A DNA stretch of 61,845 nucleotides, counting the filler, from Rhabdomonas costata (lineage: Eukaryota), in assembly GCA_019059605.1 (NCBI GenBank). It is 22 parts of 22 records of this genome, joined end to end, with 100 filler letters (N's around TTAATTAATTAA, not from the genome) between each part and the next. Parts side by side here need not be neighbours in the genome. Positions count along the whole stretch, not along the records: positions 22,544 to 25,269 come from JAHMHO010002265.1; positions 25,370 to 28,083 come from JAHMHO010002266.1; positions 28,184 to 30,895 come from JAHMHO010002267.1; positions 30,996 to 33,709 come from JAHMHO010002268.1; positions 33,810 to 36,510 come from JAHMHO010002269.1; 17 more parts are not named here. One strand, given 5' to 3'. Positions 22,850 to 36,240 of this stretch are shown here, in pieces. How positions within the stretch are numbered: position 1 is the first letter of the stretch; each line of letters opens with the position of its first letter. The position numbers and the translations under genes were made by a program. The notes under the pieces were generated by a model. The model was not told where the DNA came from. It ran no database searches and saw nothing but the letters and a program-made list of their open reading frames with translations.

Positions 22850-24918
22850 GAAATCGTGGAGACTGGCCCTAATGCTACTCACTCTGGGGCCGTTCATGAT
22901 TTCTGCGGCGGCGGTGACGGCGTTTATATCGGGCAGGATGCAGGTAGATGCCGCTCGTCTCGTCCGGTGTTTTCGGAGGGAAAATTGGTTAGGCGTCTTA
23001 GGTAGGGGCAGGTTTTCTTTCCATCATCGCTCTCCTTCACGTGTGCCTGTATGTGTGTTGTGTTTTTTTCATCGCACAAACATACGCGAATTGAGATACA
23101 GGTTTCCTTTTATAGGAAGGCTTTCACCAACCAAGAAAAAGCAGACAAAACAGCAAGGCTTCGTAAGGACACCAAAGGCGAACAAACCGACACAACTGTC
23201 CCTACGTCAAAGAAGAAAACTAGTGGAGAAGAACCGGGAACCCACTTTTGTGTATGGTTTTCTTCAAGCTGTTGGGACTGCCATTTCGTGTGAAGAGAAC
23301 GTCATCCCTGTCCGAAATCTCTGTCGACTGAAGCGTGTGGAGTGCGTTGTGGAGTACGTTTGCGAAGCATGTCCTCCACACATACCACACACGCTATCTT
23401 TTGGTGCAGGCTCGAATCGACAAGGCCTACACGACAGCCGGCTCCACCGGTGAGTGCCTGTATTTGAGTGCGATTGTGTGCGTCCTGAGTTTACAAGAAA
23501 AAGAGAATCTCTCTCTGTGGGTCGATGCCAATGCAAGGCAGGGCTTTTGCTCGTGTGTCAAAGTAGGTGTTCGCCTCTCACCCCACGCGCACCCTGTTTT
23601 CGTGCCACCACGAAGATTCCCCCCGGCGGGGCGTTTCTCGCTTTCTCCATGAGCATGGTTGTGCAAGACAGCGATAGGCATTCACTGTGGCCCACACGGA
23701 AACCATTCTTTGTGATGTGACGGGTGTGCGTTAGCGTTCGAGGTGCTCAGCGCGATTCGCACGGTGACGGCGTTCAACGCGCAGCCCCGGGAGGTGGCCC
23801 GCTTTGGCTCCAGCCTTGCCACAGCCCGCAAGGTGGCCAGCCAGCGTGGCTGGGTCACAGGATTCTCCTTGGGCGTGCTTCAGGCGTGCACCCAATCTTT
23901 CCTCCACCCCTCCCCTCCCCAATACTCTATGAGGTGCCGATGAACCTGAGAGACACGGTAGGTTCCCATTGTATTCTCGGCCGCCTTCCCTCCCCCCTTC
24001 TCTCTTCTAACAACCGGCTCAGACCTGGTGGCAAAAATCAAAAGGCCTGCGTTGGACACACCAATTCAAATATGCGAATGTTTACATCTTTCTTTTTCCG
24101 TTCGACTATGCTTCTGCTGCTGACCGTCTGGATTTCTTTCTCATCACCGCTGTTTTTTTCGGGGCGTGAGCCCACTGCAGCATACGTATTTACAGGTTTG
24201 TATGTTTGTTTGTCGGCGAATTCAGGAAAGAAAAACTTGCAATTCCTCATTCTTCGGGCACAGGGAGTGATGTTCTGCGGCTACGCCCTTGCGTTCTACT
24301 GGGGCAGGTGTGCCACCACCCCCTCGCTTCGTCCCTGCCCAATACACTGCTCCATTGTATTGTTCGCAACCAGGAGCAAGCTTGCCGTCGTACCCGTCTT
24401 TGTTTATCAGATACGATCATCTACTCTGTTCCCCGGACGTTTCTTCTTCCCCTGTGGTACTTACACCTGTCCTGATTTGATCCAAGTGGTGTATGGTATA
24501 AAAACATTAATACTCCATGCGACCCCCCACCATATAAATCAGTTTTCTATGCGGCCCCTTCATCTACCTGTTTGACCTGCACAGGTCTGGTCGTTCCCCA
24601 ACCACACCAGTATCACAAGGAGTTTTGCACTGTAGCATTGTTGCCACTCACTTTCTTCCCTTTCCCTGTTCATTTTTCCATGCCTCCTTTCTCCCTCTTG
24701 CCATCACTGATGCTGTTTTCGAACTTTGGACGCTGAAGTGGACATTCGAATACTCCAGTTTCTGTTCTCTGCTTTATTCCTTCCCATGTGATGGGATTTG
24801 ACCTTTTTTATGTTCGCTCTCTTTCCTCAGCTGGCTCATTCAGTGGGGCTACAACACGGGCGGGGAGATTGTCGGGATCTTCTTCTCGATGAGTGTCGCT
24901 CTTATGCGCTTGGGCCAG
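22850..24918 (+). CDS. ABCB/P-glycoprotein (MDR) transporter, first transmembrane domain (partial, 5 exons)
   Basis: KSWRLALMLL.., KAYTTAGST|AFEVLSAIRTVTAFNAQPREVARF, GVMFCGYALAFYWG|SWLI..GGEIVGIFFSMSVALMRLGQ. Confidence 0.92.
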
Positions 24919-25060
24919 GTCCCTGGGGACCCTTCCCTTGAACCTTCTTTTCCTACCGACTTGAGTGCATGCCAGGAAAGCAGGTGTTAAGCAGAAGGCA
25001 CTTTTTCAGCAACTTGGAACCCTCAGAACCCTCACCCTCATAACCAGGCGCAGTGCTTCA

Positions 25061-25081
25061 ATATACACGCACGCGCGCGCG

Positions 25082-25114
<33 letters not shown>
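25061..25114. repeat. Compound (CG)n(CA)n microsatellite
   Basis: Uninterrupted purine-pyrimidine alternation. Confidence 0.9.
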
Positions 25115-25115
<1 letters not shown>

Positions 25116-25706
25116 GACGCACACCACATGACATACAGACACACACCAGACACACACCACAACAGCGCGTGCACCAGTCAGTCCACAGTGGTCACCAGCA
25201 ACCAAGTAACCAGCCAACCAGGCAACAGCCAGCGCGCAATGCGCCCAACACACACACACACAACACACANNNNNNNNNNNNNNNNNNNNNNNNNNNNNNN
25301 NNNNNNNNNNNNNTTAATTAATTAANNNNNNNNNNNNNNNNNNNNNNNNNNNNNNNNNNNNNNNNNNNNTGTTTTGGTGGGGTGGCGCTGCAGCCCGGCC
25401 TCCGAAACAAGGGGGCAGCTGGGGCGGGACCTGAATAGAAGCTCCCGCTGTGAGGCGGTGACGGTGAATAGTAGTTGGGTTTTCTATGGCGGGAGGCTAG
25501 AGAATGGTGTGACCAATATTTCTTGTGTGTGTGTGGACCCGAGACAGCAAACATCTTGTGCATGACACTGCTGTGTCTTTGTCCCTGTGCAGGTTGTTGT
25601 GTTTCGCTGACGAAGTCCCCTTTTGTTCAGAACAACCACCACAGTAAAAGGGAGTACCACCAAACAGACAGAGCCCTCCACTTGGCGCAGCTCTAATGTT
25701 TCGTAG

Positions 25707-26963
25707 GCACTGGTCTGGAGGTCATGAAGAGACTGACCGGGAACACGGTGGACCTGGACACGGTGGTGCTGCGCTGTGATGACCCCACGAAGGAGACGAT
25801 CAACACTCTGAACCGGACTCAGGGCTTGCCCACGTTTTCCTCTGCTGAGGAGTTAGCGGGCAGCGCACAGGTCTCTGGGGTTCCAGCACTTTTCCAGAAC
25901 TTTTGGATCTTTGGATATTTTGGGTCTTCGTGGATCAATGTTTTTCTTTTAGCGCTAGTGCTTAGGGGACAAAAATGACAATGAAAACTGTAATTACTGT
26001 GCTTTTCTGAATCAAAGCAGAAAAAATGGGCATACACATATGAGAACGTGTATGAAAGGGGTTGTATTGTCCGCTGCACTTTAAACCTGAGAACTGTCCA
26101 TTAATGAGAGCATTTAGGACTTCATAGCGAGAAAAGGGTTGAAAAATGACAGAAAAGAACGAACTGAGATTACCTCTGCCCACTTCTTTGCATCGACGCT
26201 TCCCATGTTTTTATCGTTAGATTTCTGAAACTCTCTGAAGCGGGCCGTATTTGTAAAGTAAGGGGGACATTGCTTTTGAGTGTGCGCATTTGCGCTTTCA
26301 GTGAGTATAAATTAAATTTTTCTCATCGTCACATCGTCGAACTCACCTCCACACCCACTCATCTTCTTTTGTCTCATACATACTGCCCTGTGATCTCCAT
26401 CATGTTTCGGTTTCGGTCTTTGAGGTGTACAGCATTCTCTCAAAGAACCCCGTGAGTCCAGAGCAAGTTCTGTGTCCCATCGTTGTACGTTTGATATCAT
26501 CAAATTAAGGAACGATCGCTGCTCCCTTTTCGATTTCCATTCGCTTTGTTGCCTGGGATATCAAAAAGAAAAGTGGGGGATCAAGGGGCGCTTCCGCGAA
26601 GCGCACTGAATCCGAGGTGCTTCCGGCTACCCGTCGCGAGCGCTGACGCGTGCAGGTGTCTCGTGTTGTACAACGCCGTCCCATTTCCTCATCGGCCTGT
26701 CTTAACTTGCTGCTGCGGTATCTCTCTCTTTGCAGGCCAAGGAAATCGCCTTCAACACGGCCTTGCCTTTGCTGCAGGGCTTTGCCAAAAAGTTTGGGCT
26801 GCACAGGAAGCAGCGTGCAGAGCGGCAAGCGGATTGGAAAAGCCTGACGGTCCATCTGCGCCCAACTCCCCTTCCCACGTCCCCACCTGCGACATCCAAA
26901 CCACTTTGGTGCTCAAATGATTGCACTGAGAATTATAAATTAAAGCAAAGGAGCGAAACATAA
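25707..26963 (+). CDS. 3' exons of a hypothetical protein
   Basis: Exon 25707-25870 (TGLEVMKRLTGNTVDLDTVVLRCDDP..SAQ) splices in frame to 26736-26963 (AKEIAFNTALPLLQGFAKKFGLHRKQRAERQ..). No family recognised. Confidence 0.5.
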
Positions 26964-28567
26964 GTTTACAAACAAGCAGATGTCTGCAGATAACTGATCT
27001 TATCTCAGGCCTCTCTGTAGTGCGTGAAATTCTTCAGCGGGTCAGAAGGGCAGCAATGGAGAGGAAGGATAATGCGATGTTAGCATACGAGGACTAACGT
27101 GAACGACGGCCTTGCATTCGCGCGGATTATCCCCTTAAAGTCCCCGAGATACGCAGCACAGGGCGGAAGTTCGGAGGGGGGGGAGCGGTGAGGGTTAATA
27201 GTGGTAACCATTTTTTTATGAGATCATATTTTTTTTAAAAAAAAAGTCGCATTAGCCCCCCAGGTCAAGTCCCATGGCCTCCGCGCCGCTGGCCATCGCC
27301 CCTAAACTAACGCTGTCCTACTCGTTCGGCCATTCCCAACCGTTTGCGAGTGCACATTTGACCGGAGGTTTTCATTACTGGCGATAATCTAATTGGCATT
27401 ACTTCGGCAGTGTACCCAGAAAAAAGGGTAGGTTTCCCCGCCCCCTGGGAAGGCTTCCTAACCATTAAACGCATCCTGAATCCTATGAGTGGTAGGCCTG
27501 GCTCCCTAACCCGTACTTAGCCAGCACTAGTTTTCACCTCCTAAGTAAAAACAGTCCAACGGGCACTGCCAAAGCTCACCTGACCCTCTTACTCAAAAAT
27601 AAAGTCATTTAGAGGGTGCTGCATATTTTACGCGACCGTTTTTTTTGTTAATTCAGCAAATTTTAAGTCAGTTTTTCTTGTTTTCACTGGTTACGGTTAC
27701 CACCGGTAATGGTTACCCACCACCACCACCAACTTCCATGGGGCCCGGCACAGGCACGAGGTCCACCGCACCAGCGCTTCTCAAACACAAACAACTGCGA
27801 ATGCTCAGGTGCCACACAGGTACACATAGCTGCAAACGCTCTTTCATAATTCTTCTGTTCTGCACCCACCTCCTCGACGGCAAATATGTTGAGCCCTACG
27901 ACCGCAAACATTTCAAAACACAGTGGAAAAAGTTAGTCGTTTAATATATCGCGACAGCGATAGTGTTTGGATATGCCCCCACTCACCTGGTCCATTGCTG
28001 CAGCGCCGTCTTCCGGCGCGGCAGCAGCAGCGGCGGCGGCTGAGTCCGGGGAGGCCGCCTTAGGCGTGGCACCCCCCCCCACANNNNNNNNNNNNNNNNN
28101 NNNNNNNNNNNNNNNNNNNNNNNNNNNTTAATTAATTAANNNNNNNNNNNNNNNNNNNNNNNNNNNNNNNNNNNNNNNNNNNNAACTTTTTTTGGGGTGC
28201 CGGGTCCGACACAGCTCGTACCGAGGACTTGCGTTTATTATATCTGAAAATCAATGGCGAAAGGTACCCGCTGGATTGTTTCTCTTTTTTTTTTGCATCC
28301 CAGAGAATGCACCAGTGCACCAGAAATCCCCTTCGACCAGATCAGACTCGCAACGTCGCGACCTCTGCCATATTCTGGCGCGCGAAGTGACACACAGACC
28401 GGGCGTTAATGAAGGACGAAAACTGCGGCAGAAAAGCCAGAAAAGCCAGAAAAACTGTTTCTCGATGATGTGATTCAGTGGCTTGTGAGTTGTGAGGTGG
28501 GGGTGTGGTTAGGCCGCAGCTGCTTTCTCTCCATTCTATTCCTTCTACTTTCACCCTTCCACGAGCA

Positions 28568-30711
28568 ATGTTTGGAGTGTGGACGGGCTGGGGAGCGCCC
28601 GCCGATGTGGAATATGAGGGAATCTGCTCCCGCATGGTGGGAGCGATTTGCGGTATGTGCGTGGGGTTGGTTCTCCTTGTCGGGGCTCTGGTCCTACTGG
28701 GCTGGAACGAGGGCCGCGCCGTCCACACCGCCCGAGCTTTAGAAGCCGGCATGAAGATCTTTGTCAACGTACCTTGCACCCCGATCTCCCCAGCTCTAGA
28801 AGGGAGGCTGGTGCATCTGACCTGTGATGTGGGCAACATGCAGAATCTGACCGACCCCGCTTTCCAGGTGGCTATCAAGGCTATTCAAATGGACCGCTCG
28901 GTGGAGATGTTTCAGTACAAGGAGAGCACGACTTCTCACTCGGTGATTGTGCCCGCGGGTTTTTTTTCTGGCTCTGGAGTGTGTCTTGGGCATGCTTTTT
29001 TCAAAGTGGTAGATCCTTGAACTGCAATGCGATTTATTTTTTTTGGGGGTTATTTACATGAAATAGAAAAGGTCGGGCACACTCTTTATGGTCACGTTTA
29101 TGACCGTCTACTGACTCAATCCCCAGATGGAAAAGTGATCTGCAGAGTTCGCCCTTGATACTTGGCCTTCAACGTTTATTGTCATCAGTGTCATACGTCA
29201 GTGTCATTCCTTCAGCGGGATTGCTCTTCTTTTTAGTTTGTGTCCTTTCTTGTTATCTTATTAGGATGGAAAGGTTGTGTACACGTACTCCACTGTCTGG
29301 AGCAGCCACTCGATCAATAGCAAGAGCTTCAAGTTTCCCAACCAATGTATCGTCCCAGGGACCTCGTTCACCCAGGATTGCACTAACCCCCCTTTTCCGG
29401 ACATGGGTAAGAATTCCATGACCAGCGTCAACGTCACGGCAGGTGACTTTCTGATTCCGCCCAAGCTGTTCGACGAGAGCATCGCCTCACGGGGGTTAAG
29501 CTTTCAGCCTGTGTGGCCCATACCGTTGACCTGGCCCTTCTCGTACGTTTCCCCCACAGCCAACCGGAACGGTGCCTCAATGTTCTCGTCGTTTTCGCTC
29601 CTTTTTATCGCTTCTTTACTGTGGACGCGGATGTTGAGGCGCGTTTTTTTGTGATCGGACTCAACCTCAATAAAACGAAAGCTGAGGCCCCTGCGGCACT
29701 CTCTCACAGGCTCACAGTCGTTGGAACTTCGGAACTTGGTTGTTGGGGTGTCATCCTTTGAAATTGATAATGTTTTAAATTCTCTAAGTGTGTTCGTGTG
29801 CTCTCTCGTCCACGAAGTGATTGTCTGGGTGTGGTATTACACACGGAGAGGAGAAGGGCATGCCTTTATTTGTTTTTTATTCCAATTCTTCCAATTTCAT
29901 ACCCACAGTGATGCTGAACCAGACCCAGCGACAGGGTGACTGGCTATGGACCAGTCTCAATCCCGCATACCCTGTTGTGGGGGACCTGCGGCTGAAGTGG
30001 AAAGCCTCCTCACCCACGATGGTGAGCATCTTGGCGAAGCAGGCCGGGCGCATCCTTCAACCCTGGCAGTCCTCGGGAGATTCAATATTCCTCCGCGAGG
30101 GCGCGGTGAGTGCATGCCCTTTTCCCACAAACACACATGAGCATTTCTTCAGGTTTTGTGTGGGTTTTCCTTGGGGGGGTCATTTCATGAGGCTGATCAG
30201 TCCCAGCGTCGAATGGATTCCCATCCTGATGCATTCGGCCCGATGCTGCGATGCAATCCTGGAGCAACCGTTACCATCCGAAGCCGTTATTTGGATGTGA
30301 GACGGATTCCCTTGACCCATGAGTTCTTTTTGCTCTGGTGGAGCTCCCTGCGGAGAGATGCCCAAGACTTGAGACAGCCACCACAGTTAAGCAGATTCAG
30401 GGCTACACGTACAGAGAGATGCGTTCAGAGATGTACGTCTCCTCCCTCAGAGGAAGGGACGGATTTCACCTCTTTCTGTTTGGCCGACAGGTCGTTGCTT
30501 CCGTTGCGTGGGACCGATACCTTAGAGGAGCTTTGTTTGCTGTTTATCTCAATCAACCGAACCCATTCATTCCGAGGGGGTACTGCTGCTTGCGCGAGCT
30601 TTTTTTCGACGACTGTTGCAGGTATCTGCGATGGAGATGCTCGGCGACGCTGAGGGTCGGAACGAGGTTGCGACCTGGGCTATTCGAGTCGGTGGTTTCC
30701 TGATGTGCTGG
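28568..30711 (+). CDS. TMEM43: TMEM43/LUMA (DUF1625) family membrane protein (5' part, 4 exons)
   Basis: GMCVGLVLLVGALVLLGWNEGRAVHTARALEAG, EGRLVHLT, RSVEMFQYKE, YSTVWSSHSINS..F, PVVGDLRLKW, ATWAIRVGGFLMCW. Confidence 0.92.
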
Positions 30712-31082
30712 GTATTATTTGTGTATCATGTTGGTTTATTTAGGAGTTGGGATGCGTTGGCTTTTTATAAAGTGCGGTACCCCGGAAACTCAGAACGGCA
30801 CGGCATATGGCTGGGTTTAAACCCTATCTTTGGTTACAGAATTCACAATTCGCTTCAACAGATCAACGCAAGCGCGGAATCATCGGGAAAAAACCNNNNN
30901 NNNNNNNNNNNNNNNNNNNNNNNNNNNNNNNNNNNNNNNTTAATTAATTAANNNNNNNNNNNNNNNNNNNNNNNNNNNNNNNNNNNNNNNNNNNNTGTTT
31001 TGGGTTTACGCGTCAAAGTCACGATGAAGGAGGGAGTGTGCCATTGAGGGGAACCGGGAAGAGAGGAAGAGCTCACCCGAAC

Positions 31083-32775
31083 CTCAGCTCGGCCGCCACG
31101 GGCCGCGAACATGACGGGGGTCCCACCATCAGATTTGGCATTGATGTTCGCGCCGTTTTGGACTAACCACACACAAACCTAAAAAAAAAAGTCAAAGAGC
31201 AGAAATCGCTCGCACAATGCTTTGCGGTACAAAAGAGGAAGAGAAAGAGGGAAAGGGAAAACCCTCCTGTTGACCTCCCTTCCTAGCATTCCCACACTGC
31301 CACGCCACTGCACTGGTGGCCTGTTTCTGGGGCATGGGCCCCAGGGTGGGTACCACCATATTTGTGAGTGGGATGTGAAGGAGAAGCACACCTCACTTTC
31401 GATGCCGGGGACGGCATCGGGGGCATTGATGGTGGTTTCGGGGACTAGCCAAGAGTGTGTTGGCTAGGGATGGAGATGGGGCGTGGTGAGTGGTTGGCCT
31501 CCCCCCCCTCCCCCAATCTTTGCGCAGCAGCATCGGGGATCCACATCTAAACAACCGAATGCATTTCTAGTTTTCTTTTCCAGATCGACCAACTTCATTT
31601 TCGGTCTATTTTTGTTGTGCGTTCATCAACAGCTTTACTGCGACCCTGCCCTCGTACTCACAAAGGGCATTCAGGCTGAGTGATCAGAACCCTTAACACA
31701 GGCCCTAAACCCTCGGCCGCGAAACACAATGCACAGCACTAGCACTGACTCCGTTGGGGTCTTTCGGGTGCCATTCTTGCGGCACTCCGCTGGATGCCCC
31801 AAGAAACAGAGGGAGGGGCGAGGACAATGACCAGAGAGTGTCTATGGGTTGCCTCAGGAGCTAACACATGCCGTCCTTTGCTGTTGTATCCATTTGAGTA
31901 TTGGGACCGCGTTTCGGGACCGGCATTCTTCCTGCGGAATTTTTAATTTTCGTAAAGCCTGTCAACGTAAATGATTGATGTTTTCACATGAGTTCATCGC
32001 GAGCGCTCAAAACAGCGGCAATGCGACGGACTAGAAGGCTGATTTTGCGGGTAAACCTCTGTCTTTTGAATACATTGATATTTCCGGTTGCACAACTTCC
32101 AGACAACATCCCGAAATCGCCCTGGATAACATACCGGCCAGCGGGAGGTCTATGCAGGGCATATTTCACACAGGACAATGAGTTTTCGAATCAGATGCCC
32201 ACTCTGACCGAAGTCGCGGCGAAAGGGCAAAAGGAGTAACGTTCCGCTCTTTTTTTATGTGAAGCACATGGGGCCAAAAAGTGCCACGATACGCATTCCG
32301 TGAGACAATGAAAAACAATTACCTTAACCTCCCACACAGCACTGTAGACCAACCCTGTGGCCTGACAATTCACACCTCAGTATGGCCGTACACGGCAGCG
32401 CCCATCAAAAGGGTGGGCTCTTCGCTGCCGGGGGCGTTGATGTCCACCTTGGAAAGTCCGCACAGCACAGAGAGCACCTCCAACCGCCCGCAGCTCGCCG
32501 CGAGAAAGGCAGGGGTGCGGCCCTCCGCGTCCGGGGCACTGTAGTCCACACCACAATCGACCAGCAACGACACCACCTCGTGGTGCCCTCCGGCCACTGC
32601 ACAGGGCAGCAGGGACTGCGCAATCCCCCCCCCCGACACAAAACACTCCTGCAGCGTCCTTCCAGCATACACCCATTTCCATGCCATCCGCAACCAGCAT
32701 CTCATCACAGCTGCCCAAGCTCAGTACCTCAGCTCGGGCGATGGATTTGGGCAGTGCCCCAGTGAATTCGCCCAT
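31083..32775 (-). CDS. Ankyrin-repeat protein (5' part)
   Basis: GHHEVVSLLVDCGVDYSAPDAEGRTPAFLAASCGRLEVL, TLLMGAAVYGHTE|VCVWLVQNGANINAKSDGGTPVMFAARGGRAE. Probable first exon starts at 32775. Confidence 0.9.
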
Positions 32776-35559
32776 TCTTGTTTGCCCGGTTTTTGGTCGC
32801 GGCGGCTTTTTCGGTGTTTGTGAGTCATTTTCTAATTACCTGGTTCGGTCTTCAACTTGATGTAATATGGTATGCAGTGGTATAAGCTCCCAGTGGGCGG
32901 GGCTGAGCAGGGCGGAGGGGCCTCCGCCCTGGCTCCTGAACCCGTCGAGAGTGCACAATGGCCTTGCTAGATAAATTCGAATGATTGTTAGTGTTTCTTT
33001 CCAAAAAAAAAAATGCTAAGCTTTGCCCTCACCAGTATTCGCTGTGGACTACCCCCATACTGTATTTACTGTCCCTTAATCAAAGAAAAAATTTAATACT
33101 ACTCGAGTCATTAGTATGGTCATTATTATTTTGCATAAACACTCTCATCACAGCACTGAACAAGGAGCATAGTGCTTTTCTGCAAAGGCTATGCGTGGAT
33201 GATGCTCAATGCGCTTGCGTGGGGAAGAGCCCCTGAGCCGCACGCTTCGAGGTTCGGTGACCTTGAGACGCACAGGTTAGGACGCAAGAGGGCCACAGCG
33301 CGGGTCCCGTTATCTGGGGATTAATGGGACTTAAGTGGCAGGGGTATGTGTGGTGTGAGTGAAGAACGTCATCCTCGCGTGGGGCTTAGGGGCATTTCAT
33401 CCGTCAAATGTGCCTCGAGACAGAGGGAGGAGGTGGGATGGGGACAGGAGCGGACAATTGAAGGCCTAAGAGGGGATCAGGTAGCGAAGCCCGTGTCCCC
33501 GAGGTGGAGTTTTCGCTGCCGCAGGGAGTTATATGATGATGCATGTGACTTCTAGAGATGTTCCAGGATGTGTGTCTTGAGAGAATGGCCGAGGAAAGAG
33601 TTATGTCTCGAGACATATTTGGCGGATAAAGTACCCAAATTGCATCGGGAGAAGGGAAATGAGATGGAAATCCAAACATGCAGGGGGAAAGGAAAGTTTA
33701 CACCACAAANNNNNNNNNNNNNNNNNNNNNNNNNNNNNNNNNNNNNNNNNNNNTTAATTAATTAANNNNNNNNNNNNNNNNNNNNNNNNNNNNNNNNNNN
33801 NNNNNNNNNTGTTGGGTTAACTTCGGAGGTATCCTGCTTTGAGTCAAATCTTTTGTGCTTCGTGTTCGTGCGGTCGCGTCGCTGCTGTCTTTGGAACCGC
33901 CCGGACCTATCTAATGCTGCGCAGGAGTAGGCAGACGGTCGCACACACACTTCCAAGCCAGAGCCCATTCACAATGAGGGCAGGGTCAGCGCTTGCGTTG
34001 TAACGAGCAGCGAACGAACCTATAAAAAAACAATGCCGGGCTACTTGCGCAGAAGCAGAAACCAAACGCGGAAGGGAGCAGCGCACAACGGGGGTGACCC
34101 TGACCCTCAGATCCAGTTTGAAGGTCTCGGAGACGAACCGAACCGAAACGAAAGCAGGAGGAGCGAAGGTGTCGGAAAGGGTTCAGCAGCTACACAGCTG
34201 CAAAAACCATACCGTTCTGAGCCATGACCAGGTAAGAAGCACCTGCAAAAAAGGGAGAAAAACCATAGGTCCAGGCGCACTTCTTTACAGGCAGAATTCC
34301 TGCGGTGACTCCTTTAAAGCGGATAAAAAATGTGAAAAAGTGCCCACAGGGTTCACCCAAAGAAGTAACCCTCAGTAGGGGATGTTGATGGTGTATTCTC
34401 TTCCGTTGTTTTACAAGAACGACACCCCCCCCAAACCGTTTATCCAATTCCGTGCCGAGCTGCCAAAAAACCCAAAATTGTTTCAGTAAATTCTACAAAT
34501 AAATTCAAAGACAACCTGGCGCAAAAAATGGTTACTGAGATATACTATAAATCGGTACGGGAAGACAATAAGGGCGAAACCAAAAGTTTCCCACGTATAA
34601 AGATTTTAAAAACCTTGAACACCCCGACAAAAAGTGTACAACAATGACATAATTTACAGACCTTGGCTCCTGAACAGGAAAAAAGGTAGGATAAGCACTC
34701 CCCCGTCGCTAATTTAAAGCTAAATGTACGGTCTGAAATTCCACCAGCAGAAAAGCACTCGTCAGGGGATCATTGTCGATTTATAATTGAAATGTGCATT
34801 TTTCGAGTGTATTATTGCCTATTATGCACACAATTTTGGGTGTGCGTCAGTTTGTAACGTTTAAGATTTGAGAGAAAATAGCCCCATTGTTATGAATTCC
34901 TCATCTTTAGCATTAATAAACTTTCGGTTTTGAAATCTTGCCATCATAGTGTTGAGGGTTTGGTTAGGTTTCGTTGAAGCCCTATGAACGGCAACTGTAG
35001 CGAGTTCTTGACTTTTTCCACACTCAGACAACCACGGCAACTCACCCGGTGATGAAACGGGGGTTTCGTAGGGGACCATTTTGCAGTAATTTCTTCGAGC
35101 TTCTGTCGCTCGATTTGGTGGGTCAAAGTGAACAGACACGGCCACAGACACTTGTTGGTCTGTGTCTCTGGTGGGTTCACCTCAGAGCACACCGAACCAA
35201 ATGGTAGCGTCAACGTGGGGAATTTGGAAATGCACTTGAATGAAACTGACTTTCTTAACTGGCTTTGAATTTCAGAAGATTACGAAACTTCATTTTGGCT
35301 GAGGTCAGCTCCCAACTTTGCAAATTTTTAAGGTAGTTTAAACCAGGATTGTTAACAAGGGCAAAAAACAAAAACCGAGGCAAAAATTGGCGGGGAAAGA
35401 ATATTGTGAAACACGCACCAAAACTGCATTAAATCATAATTTTTGGAGGTTCGAAACCGCACAAAAAACTGCAGATTTCCAGGTTGCACTTTTTCTCAGC
35501 ACAGAGTTATGAATCCAGTGGTTCAGAATGGGGTGAATTATGTTGGGCCCTCTCTGGTG

Positions 35560-36240
35560 TGCTGGTGGAGAGGCCTGGGGCCTGTTCACCGGCCTCAGGT
35601 GAGGAGCACTGCAGCGAAGGGATCGAAAACGCTCGCGAGGAGACCAGCGGACAGCAATGGCGGAACTCTGAGATGCTCCATGACGACGGTGGCCACAGCG
35701 AGGATGGGTCTGAAGAAGGGGCAGCACGTCCGCCGTATACTGCTCCTCAGAAACCTGTGGCACCAAAGAAGCCTGCGATGTGCTGACTACTTAATTCCTG
35801 GTGGTTGGGTCACTTTGATCGCGTAACCACGCCGACCAACTCCCACTCGTTCATGCCGATCTTGCCGACGCGGGTAAGCGGCCTCGGGAAAGGGGCAAAA
35901 AGGAAGCAAAAGGATGCACAGTAGCAATGCACACCAGAGCGTCCACTTCCACCTCAAGCTCTGTCCCCTGCAGCTCCTTCCCAGCATTGCACCCAAGAAG
36001 ATGGGCCTCGGTACCGCTGCGCACGTCCGCCGGCATCACCGCAACATAGGGATGGAAAAAGGCCTTAGGGTAGTGCAGTACATGCAGCACGCAGAGGGCC
36101 AAGGCAGAATTGGGATCGGTGAAAGGGTGTCTGGCCACCCCGGTAATTACGGAGGTAACCTCGCAAAGGGAGGGGTGACCGGTGGAAAGGAATGTTGGTA
36201 TCGTAGCCAAGACTTCACCCTGGCGAATAGCTTCGGTCGC
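35560..36240 (-). pseudogene. SETD6/Rubisco-LSMT-like SET-domain methyltransferase, partial, with apparent 1-nt frameshift
   Basis: Exon 36240-35935 reads ATEAIRQGEVLATIP..LALCVLH..FFHPYVAVMP. The next exon reads QYTADVLPLLQTHP and then continues LWPPSSWSISEFRHCCPLVSSRAF in another frame. Confidence 0.75.
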
